A DNA stretch of 64,000 bases from Eubacteriales bacterium (GTDB taxonomy: Bacteria > Bacillota > Clostridia > Oscillospirales > CAG-272): the NCBI GenBank assembly GCA_045656765.1, contig JAZORU010000024.1, positions 1,386 through 65,385 on the forward strand. Reading direction: 5' to 3'. Below, piece after piece: positions 9,825 to 15,655 of the stretch (position 1 is its first letter; the number at the start of each line of letters is the position of its first letter). The notes below the pieces were generated by a model. The model searched no databases and had not been told where the DNA came from. It was given only the letters and a program-made list of their open reading frames with translations. Made by a program: the position numbers and the translations under genes.

Positions 9825-10753
9825 ATATCTTCGGAGATTACATCTTCAGCGCCATTTCGCTTGGAATGACCTTCCTTTTCGGCTCTACTGGCGAGACAAT
9901 TACCGAAAAAGCAGGACACCTTAACCTCGGAATCCCCGGCATTATGTGCATGGGAGGCGCCGGCGGATGCTTGGCTCTCTCTGCTCTTTACAAAAGCGGA
10001 CTTCACCCTGCCCTCATTGTGAGTTTGGCTATACTTGCCGCTTTTCTCAGCGGTGTACTTATGGGAGCTTTATACAGCTTCCTGACGGTTACACTTCACG
10101 CGAACCAAAACGTAACGGGCCTTGCTATGACCACCTTCGGCGTAGGCACGATGAAGTTTATAATGGCGAAGCTCTCGGCTGCCCGTTACCTTTATGCTAT
10201 ACACTATTTCCGCTTCCCCTTTGCAGAGAGAACAGACTCGCTTAAATATTGCGGAATCATGGTATTCCTCGGAATCGCAATCGCGCTTGTCACGTCGTTT
10301 GTGCTAATGCGTACCCGCGTAGGTCTTCATCTTCGTGCGGTAGGCGAGAATCCCGCAACGGCAGACGCCGTAGGTATAAACGTAAGCTTATATAAATACG
10401 TTGCAACCTGTATCGGTAGCGGTGTTGCGGCTCTCGGCGGTATATTCTATATTATGGACTACTCTGGCTCTCAGGAAGGATATCTCAGCATAGAAGCTCT
10501 TGGCTGGCTTGCTATTGCCCTCGTTATATTCACGCTCTGGAAGCCACATATAAGCATTTTCGGCTCGGCAATATTCGGCGCGCTTTACGTTGCAGGATCA
10601 TTCGTTGACCTTGGAATGAAAGCAACCCCGTTTATGAAAATGCTTCCGTACGTCGTAACTATACTCGTTCTTATCGTTTCAAGCATCAGAAACAAACGCG
10701 AAAATCAGCCCCCCGCATCCCTCGGACTTTCCTACTTCCGAGAGGATAGATAA
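9821..10753 (+). CDS. ABC transporter permease (second subunit)
   Basis: 310 aa polytopic. 4-nt overlap with the preceding permease. Confidence 0.8.
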   Translation: MNIFGDYIFSAISLGMTFLFGSTGETITEKAGHLNLGIPGIMCMGGAGGCLALSALYKSGLHPALIVSLAILAAFLSGVLMGALYSFLTVTLHANQNVTGLAMTTFGVGTMKFIMAKLSAARYLYAIHYFRFPFAERTDSLKYCGIMVFLGIAIALVTSFVLMRTRVGLHLRAVGENPATADAVGINVSLYKYVATCIGSGVAALGGIFYIMDYSGSQEGYLSIEALGWLAIALVIFTLWKPHISIFGSAIFGALYVAGSFVDLGMKATPFMKMLPYVVTILVLIVSSIRNKRENQPPASLGLSYFREDR

Positions 10754-10779
10754 GGCGAGGCAAATAAGCAAAGAAAACA

Positions 10780-10807
10780 AAAAGCACCCCACAGGGTGCT
10801 TTTTTGT
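10780..10807. terminator. Bidirectional intrinsic terminator between convergent genes
   Basis: aaaagcaccc caca gggtgctttttt. Confidence 0.7.
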
Positions 10808-10820
10808 CTATATATTAGAA

Positions 10821-11363
10821 CTAACAACAGCGGTTAATATATCCTTCGGTTGCATTTTCTCTACTTATTATCTTCGCAGGATTTCCGACAACTATCGAGT
10901 GATCGGGAACGTCAAAGTTTACAAAAGAATTTGGGGCTATCATAACGTCGCTTCCTATATTGATATTTCCTACAATTACTGCGTTTGCGCCTATCCACAC
11001 GTTGTCAGCTATCGTGGGGCTACCCTTACGCTTGCCTCTGTTTTCCTGCCCTATCGTAACGCCCGTTGCGATATTGATATTTTTTCCGAGTTTCGCGTTA
11101 TGGTTAATAATAATTCGTCCCGTATGACCGATAAAAAGACCGGGACCTATACTTGTATCAGGCGGTATTTGTATGTGCGTTTTCCTTGACATACTTATGT
11201 ATCGCATATTGTAATACTTCTTGGACAGAAAATTTTTCGAACATTGGCATTTCCTGAACACACACAAGAACTTAACGTCAAGAGGTCTTAACAGCTTTTG
11301 CTTAAGCGTTTCTTTTTGGGAACCGTAATATCTATACAGATCCTGCGAAAACAGCTGATTCAT
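10821..11363 (-). CDS. Left-handed beta-helix (hexapeptide) O-acetyltransferase, serine acetyltransferase/WcaB-like
   Basis: 180 aa. Hexapeptide repeats (IGPGLFIGHTGRIIINHNAKLGKNINIATGVTIG...IGANAVIVGNINIGSDVMIAPNSFV...VVGNPAKII). RBS GGAGG. Confidence 0.8.
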   Translation of the reverse strand: MNQLFSQDLYRYYGSQKETLKQKLLRPLDVKFLCVFRKCQCSKNFLSKKYYNMRYISMSRKTHIQIPPDTSIGPGLFIGHTGRIIINHNAKLGKNINIATGVTIGQENRGKRKGSPTIADNVWIGANAVIVGNINIGSDVMIAPNSFVNFDVPDHSIVVGNPAKIISRENATEGYINRCC

Positions 11364-11374
11364 GCTATTCCTCC

Positions 11375-11595
11375 AAAATAAAAAGAGCGTTAACCGAAGT
11401 TAACGCCCTGAAAAACGCAAACTCCGATTGTCGCTCAACAAATCAAATCAAATCAAAACGGGAATAGCTTCTGCATCCTAATTTGTGAAATTTGCGTTTT
11501 ATCCAAATTCAAAAATCAGGATGCGAAAAAAGGGTATAATTATCCCATAAAAAGAAACTACACCGTTTTTTTGTTTATTCGATTTGTTGAGCAAA
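11375..11595 (-). ncRNA. Candidate structured cis-regulatory leader RNA, copy B (upstream of the acetyltransferase)
   Basis: Plus-strand coordinates: P1 11581-11592/11433-11444 (12 bp); P2 11558-11569/11455-11467; P3 11513-11524/11473-11484; pseudoknot 11492-11500/11412-11420; terminator 11385-11408 plus U tract. Homologous to 42955-43165. Confidence 0.6.
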
Positions 11596-11598
11596 GAC

Positions 11599-11627
11599 AT
11601 TATAACACAATTTTGAAGAAAAAACAA
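11599..11627 (-). promoter_or_regulatory. Promoter driving leader copy B (TTGTTT-17-TGtTATAAT on minus strand)
   Basis: Plus attata 11599-11604 and aaacaa 11622-11627. The -10 region tgtgttataat is nearly identical to that of copy A (agtgttataat). Confidence 0.55.
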
Positions 11628-11677
11628 CAAAAAATACAAAAAAAGTTGTGCGATTAATTAGATGCTTTTTTTCTCTA

Positions 11678-12221
11678 TGAACGCAAGCGTTCCGTCTCGC
11701 GCGTACCGGCGCGAGCCAAGACTCGACTTCGCCAAAACAAAAAGGACACCTGTTGGGTGGCAAAAGCTTTCTTTCGCAATTGCTTTTATAAATTGTCTAG
11801 GAACGCATGCGTTCCGTCGCACATCCGATTCATAGTCGCACTGCTCCCTCTCGGTCGCATTTCTCCTTGTTTTGTCACTCGCTTTTGCTCGCTTCATCCG
11901 CCCCCGGCGGCGCTCGCAACGCTCCCTCTCGCGCGTACCGGCGCGAGCCAAGGCTCGACTTCGCCAAATCAAAAAGGACACCTATTGGTGAAAACAATTT
12001 CATTTAAGCGTTTTTTTATAAATTGTCTAGGAACGCATAGCGTTCCGTCGCACATCCAAAACATAGTCGCACTGCTCCCTTTCGGTCGCATTTCTCCTTA
12101 TTTTGTCACTCGCTTTTGCTCGCTTCATCCGCCCCCGGCGGCGCTCGCAACGCTCCCTCTCGCGCGTGCCGGCGCGAGCCAAGGCTCGACTTCGCCAAAA
12201 CAAAAAGGACACCTATTGGTG
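11678..12221. repeat. Tandem GC-rich hairpin-dense repeat, period ~230 bp: two full units plus one internally deleted unit
   Basis: Units 12014-12221 and 11784-11990 differ by 7 substitutions and one 1-nt indel in my hand alignment. 11678-11757 is the same unit lacking ~115 internal nt. Each starts with the palindrome GGAACGCATGCGTTCC or a variant. Confidence 0.8.
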
Positions 12222-12229
12222 TCCTTTTT
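12202..12229 (-). terminator. Intrinsic terminator of tRNA-Ser
   Basis: aaaaaggacacc tatt ggtgtccttttt, 5 nt after the tRNA 3' end. The left half recurs in the tandem repeat units. Confidence 0.75.
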
Positions 12230-12233
12230 GTTT

Positions 12234-12325
12234 TGGCGGAGAAGGAGAGATTTGAACTCTCGCGCCGTTATACACGACCTACACCCTTAGCAGGGGCGCC
12301 TCTTCGGCCTCTTGAGTACTTCTCC
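12234..12325 (-). tRNA. tRNA-Ser (anticodon GCU), CCA encoded
   Basis: Reverse complement GGAGAAGTACTCAAGAGGCCGAAGAGGCGCCCCTGCTAAGGGTGTAGGTCGTGTATAACGGCGCGAGAGTTCAAATCTCTCCTTCTCCGCCA. Acceptor 7 bp, anticodon loop CTGCTAA, long variable arm, T-loop TTCAAAT. Confidence 0.9.
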
Positions 12326-12364
12326 GTACCTGTGCGAGCGGCCTTCTCGTAAACTCGCTTCTCT

Positions 12365-12393
12365 ATTATACAGTATGAAAGGATTTATGTCAA
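12365..12393 (-). promoter_or_regulatory. Consensus sigma-A promoter for tRNA-Ser (TTGACA-17-TATAAT)
   Basis: Plus attata 12365-12370 and tgtcaa 12388-12393, 17-nt spacer. ~35 nt upstream of the mature tRNA 5' end. Confidence 0.7.
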
Positions 12394-12489
12394 GTAGAAA
12401 AGCTAAAAATTTCAAAAAGTAACTTCAAGTATTTTCGAAAAATCATTATAAATGTATCCCTGTCAAAAAGACAGGGATACAAAAGTCTG

Positions 12490-13296
12490 TTATAAAAAAT
12501 TTCCCACTAAAGCGTCGTGTGAAAATCCTATGAATTCACGTACTGCGAAATGAACCACCAAGGGATTGTCAAACGGTGCGCTTATCGCGTACACCTCACC
12601 ATCAAAGCGTGCGCGAAGCAGGCATTTGGCTCTGAAGACGTGGAAATTATTAGTTACAACCGCAATCGACGAATATTTGCCGTCAATAATTGCGAGACTG
12701 TTTTTTATATTCTCGGCGGTATCCGTGCTTTTATCCTCTGATATAAGGCGAGCCTCATCAATTCCGAGAGCGGTAAGCTCACGGCGCATACACTCAGCCT
12801 CGCTGATATCCTCCCCTGCCCCCTGACCGCCCGAGAGAACGGCTACGGTATCGGGATGGTCTACGAGATAGTCGTATGCCGCGCGAATACGGTAGGCGAG
12901 TGCTTTAGACGGTCTCTCGCCGCGTACTGCAGCACCCAAGACGATAATACACTCGACGTCATCGGGTGGTGCGGTAAAGGAATTTACAACCAAGCACACC
13001 TCAAACACGATAAAATACAGCAGCAAAAGCGACACTAAAACTATTGCCGCAAGGCAGACGGGATTCTTATACGGTAGTTCCCCAAGCAAAAGAAAGCACG
13101 CGCCGATGCCCGAGAGCGCAACCGCCCCTGCAAGCCATATCCATACGATAGAGGTATGAGTTCCCGCGAAAATACATATTACAAGGTAATACAAAAGACA
13201 AAGGGCTCCAAGCACGAAAAACGGCAGGGCGCGCAACGGCCATATTTTCTTTCCTTCGATGCTTTTATCTGTATACGAAGCTTTACTTTTCTTCAT
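12490..13296 (-). CDS. DUF218 (YdcF/SanA/ElyC-like) membrane-anchored protein
   Basis: N-terminal TM helices, then IIVLGAAVRGERPSKALAYRIRAAYDYL...VLSGGQGAGEDISEAECM...TDTAENI. Start placed at ATG 13296 (GGAGAAG RBS) rather than 13347. Confidence 0.7.
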   Translation of the reverse strand: MKKSKASYTDKSIEGKKIWPLRALPFFVLGALCLLYYLVICIFAGTHTSIVWIWLAGAVALSGIGACFLLLGELPYKNPVCLAAIVLVSLLLLYFIVFEVCLVVNSFTAPPDDVECIIVLGAAVRGERPSKALAYRIRAAYDYLVDHPDTVAVLSGGQGAGEDISEAECMRRELTALGIDEARLISEDKSTDTAENIKNSLAIIDGKYSSIAVVTNNFHVFRAKCLLRARFDGEVYAISAPFDNPLVVHFAVREFIGFSHDALVGNFL

Positions 13297-13882
13297 TTTC
13301 TTCTCCGAATATTTCTTCGAGCGCTCTATACAGTCCCTCTCGGTCAATGGTGACGTTGAGAGCAGAGAGCATTGCGTTTACGCTTAGCTTATCCGGCAGG
13401 CAAAGGTGACGTGCAAGAGCATCCCGTCTGACTGCGCTGTCAGGTGCTCCCGTAAGTCCCGCCTCGTACATATCAAGCTTCGTTATTCGGTCACGCTCGG
13501 GGCTTGCTCCGTCGGCAAACGGGGCAAAAAGTGAGCGAAGAATATTAGCGTCGATTCCTTCAACTCCGAGATACCCCTCGGCTGACGCCTGCTTTTTCCG
13601 TTTTTCCTTACCCTCGATTTTAGGAGTATAAAGCTGATATATCCTATCATTTGGCACGGCGCCCGTTATATACGAGCGGATAAGCGTGCCTGCTCCGTCG
13701 CTGTCGCACAAAAGTATGACTCCGTGCTCGGATATACGGCGGAAAAAGTCGAGCTTCTCTTTTCTATTAAAAATCGCAAAGCCGTCCGTCGTAAATATAT
13801 CAGCATCAATGACCGAAGAAAGCTTGTTTTTATCGTACTTCCCTTCAACTATTACGGGAAGGGTTATCTTTATTTTATCCAT
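13283..13882 (-). CDS. Toprim-domain protein, RNase M5-like (DUF4093 type)
   Basis: 199 aa. VIVEGKYDKNKL...ILLCDSDGAGTLIR Toprim acidic motifs. C-terminal helical region collinear with RnmV as I recall it. Confidence 0.65.
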   Translation of the reverse strand: MDKIKITLPVIVEGKYDKNKLSSVIDADIFTTDGFAIFNRKEKLDFFRRISEHGVILLCDSDGAGTLIRSYITGAVPNDRIYQLYTPKIEGKEKRKKQASAEGYLGVEGIDANILRSLFAPFADGASPERDRITKLDMYEAGLTGAPDSAVRRDALARHLCLPDKLSVNAMLSALNVTIDREGLYRALEEIFGEENEEK

Positions 13883-13884
13883 TT

Positions 13885-14928
13885 TTACCTACATTCAGCC
13901 GCAACCGTGCAAAGCAATCTTTCAAGCGCAATAAAGTCGGAAAAACCGAGCTTCATTTCACTGTCCGCCTCAACGCACAGCTCCATTGCTCTCTCAAGCT
14001 TTTGCGTGGGTATATTCTTTGCCGTTCTTGCGTAAAGCTTTATCTGATACTCGTGCTTTTTGAGCTTTTTTGCAATTCCCGCTTCATCATATCCGCCTGC
14101 AAGCATCTCTTTTATCAAGATAAGCATACTGTACACCGAGCATACGGCTGAAAGCACGCCCTTCGGCTTCATATCCGAGTCGCCGCGCTTGTACTCGCCA
14201 AGCACTCTGAAAAGCTCCTTCGTATCCCCTGCGAGCACCGCATTTGCAAGCGCAAACGCGCCTATTTCCTCGACCTTTGAGGTGATATATACTATATCCC
14301 CACGAGAGATAGTATCCTCGCCCTTTGCGTGCTTATACGCGCACAGCTTCTCTATCTCACCCGAGAGCATCTGCATACTTCTTCCGCATCGCTCTATAAT
14401 AAAAGCGCAGTCAGCATCCGCAATTCTGAGTCCCTCGTGCTCGACGTGCCGTTTTATCCACACCGCCAGCTTTTGCGGGGTGCTTTTTTCAAACACTATC
14501 GTCTTTACGCCGTCGCCGAGAGCGGAGCTCACCTTTGCTTGAGTGCGTGAGTTACGGGAAGTATCGTACATATCTACGTCAGCGTAGATAATAAACACAC
14601 ACTCGTCGTTTGCCATAGCCTCCCGAACTATCTCTGAAAGTGCTTTAAGCTGGTTTTCCTTTGCCGAGTTGAAGTTAAAGCTCACAAGCTCGCACAGTCT
14701 CTTTTCCTGCATAAACGGGGCTGTTGCCACGTCGTTTATAAGGCTTCCGAAGCCTCCGTCGGTAAAATCCGCAACTGTATGGTTAAAGCTCTCGAAGCCT
14801 TCCTCGGAAAGCACACTCTCGCGCATACGCAAAAGGTAGTGTCTCTTCAGATATTCTTCCTCACCTGCCAGAAGATAAACTCCCGAAAGGCCTGTTTTTA
14901 TTTCATTTCTAAGCTCTGCTTCGGTCAT
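13885..14928 (-). CDS. holA: DNA polymerase III delta subunit
   Basis: LSGVYLLAGEEEYLKRHYL N-terminal motif, ~347 aa. Start at ATG 14928 directly after AAGGAGG (track start 14979 lacks an RBS). Confidence 0.8.
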   Translation of the reverse strand: MTEAELRNEIKTGLSGVYLLAGEEEYLKRHYLLRMRESVLSEEGFESFNHTVADFTDGGFGSLINDVATAPFMQEKRLCELVSFNFNSAKENQLKALSEIVREAMANDECVFIIYADVDMYDTSRNSRTQAKVSSALGDGVKTIVFEKSTPQKLAVWIKRHVEHEGLRIADADCAFIIERCGRSMQMLSGEIEKLCAYKHAKGEDTISRGDIVYITSKVEEIGAFALANAVLAGDTKELFRVLGEYKRGDSDMKPKGVLSAVCSVYSMLILIKEMLAGGYDEAGIAKKLKKHEYQIKLYARTAKNIPTQKLERAMELCVEADSEMKLGFSDFIALERLLCTVAAECR

Positions 14929-14954
14929 AATATCCTCCTTCGCTAAAAAATAGT

Positions 14955-15461
14955 TTAGTTCTTTGCGGGAACGGCGCAAAGGCGTATTTTTGCGCGCTCG
15001 CAGCGCATACCGTTTGTCTCTATAGAATAGTACACCTCAAGCTCACCGCCGTCCTCACCTATAGTGTTCTTAAGCTTTCTCGTGGCTATACACATCTCGA
15101 TAGGCATATAGGGTGTTTCGTACACACATATATGGCGCATATTGCTCTCAAACACCATTGCAACCTTAAAGTCTCCAGAGCGCATCAGAGTAACGAGCTC
15201 AGGCGCGTTTTTCCCAAAATGCACGCTCGTCACCGAAAAAGGCGCTTCTGTGAGCTCGCTCTCATCGTATGAAAGCGTCATGCTTCCGTCCTCTTCTATT
15301 TCAAGCACACCCTCGGTATAAAGGTCTGTTTCCTCACACTCGACCTCGTCCTCGTGCTCGTCATCAATAAGCGGTATTGGCGAATCTTGTTGTGCCTCCA
15401 CGTACTCCGATTGCTCTGTATGAAGGGTTATGTTCATTTTAATTTTTTTCGTTTTTGCCAT
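14955..15461 (-). CDS. DUF1934 (YwiB-like) beta-barrel protein
   Basis: 168 aa. Acidic N-terminus, alternating beta pattern. Resembles the YwiB/DUF1934 family. Recognition from memory only. Confidence 0.5.
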   Translation of the reverse strand: MAKTKKIKMNITLHTEQSEYVEAQQDSPIPLIDDEHEDEVECEETDLYTEGVLEIEEDGSMTLSYDESELTEAPFSVTSVHFGKNAPELVTLMRSGDFKVAMVFESNMRHICVYETPYMPIEMCIATRKLKNTIGEDGGELEVYYSIETNGMRCERAKIRLCAVPAKN

Positions 15462-15595
15462 TTTCTCACTCTTCTGTCTGTCTTATATATCTTGTAACTT
15501 ACCAAAATTTCAATATTTTTATACTTATTATGATATCATATTTTAACCCTTTATGTCAAGCAAAATCAAAATACAGGAAACACTAATAAAAAAGC

Positions 15596-15627
15596 AAGAA
15601 ACGGGGTTTTTGCCCCGTTTCTTTTAT
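15596..15627. terminator. Bidirectional intrinsic terminator at the left edge of the glycan island
   Basis: aagaaacgggg tttttg ccccgtttctt with A/T runs on both sides. Confidence 0.7.
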
Positions 15628-15655
15628 ACATATTCATTTACTGACAAGATAAAAA

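Noticed and set aside
11375-11595. T-box leader hypothesis for the structured leaders
   Set aside because: There is no specifier-loop/AGAGA stem I features and no T-box antiterminator sequence (GGUGGUACCGCG-like) in either copy. The downstream genes are not aminoacyl-tRNA related.
11678-12221. CRISPR array
   Set aside because: The period (~230 bp) is far too long. The whole unit, not just a short repeat, is duplicated. There are no unique spacers and no cas genes in the window. The same applies to the 18-21-nt ATGAAGCR units at 42262-42340, whose variable parts are self-complementary hairpins rather than spacers.
11658-12352. ORFs 11658-11981(-), 11757-12290(+), 11807-12007(+), 12027-12212(-), 12116-12352(+) as protein-coding genes
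   Set aside because: All lie inside the ~230-bp tandem repeat. Two run into or through tRNA-Ser. A 1-nt indel between repeat units shifts the frames. There are no RBSs, and the Arg/Ala-rich translations are typical of GC-rich non-coding DNA.
13283-13347. 65-nt overlap between the Toprim gene and the DUF218 gene as a possible frameshift or fusion
   Set aside because: An internal ATG at 13296 with a GGAGAAG RBS gives an ordinary 14-nt overlap. Nothing needs explaining.
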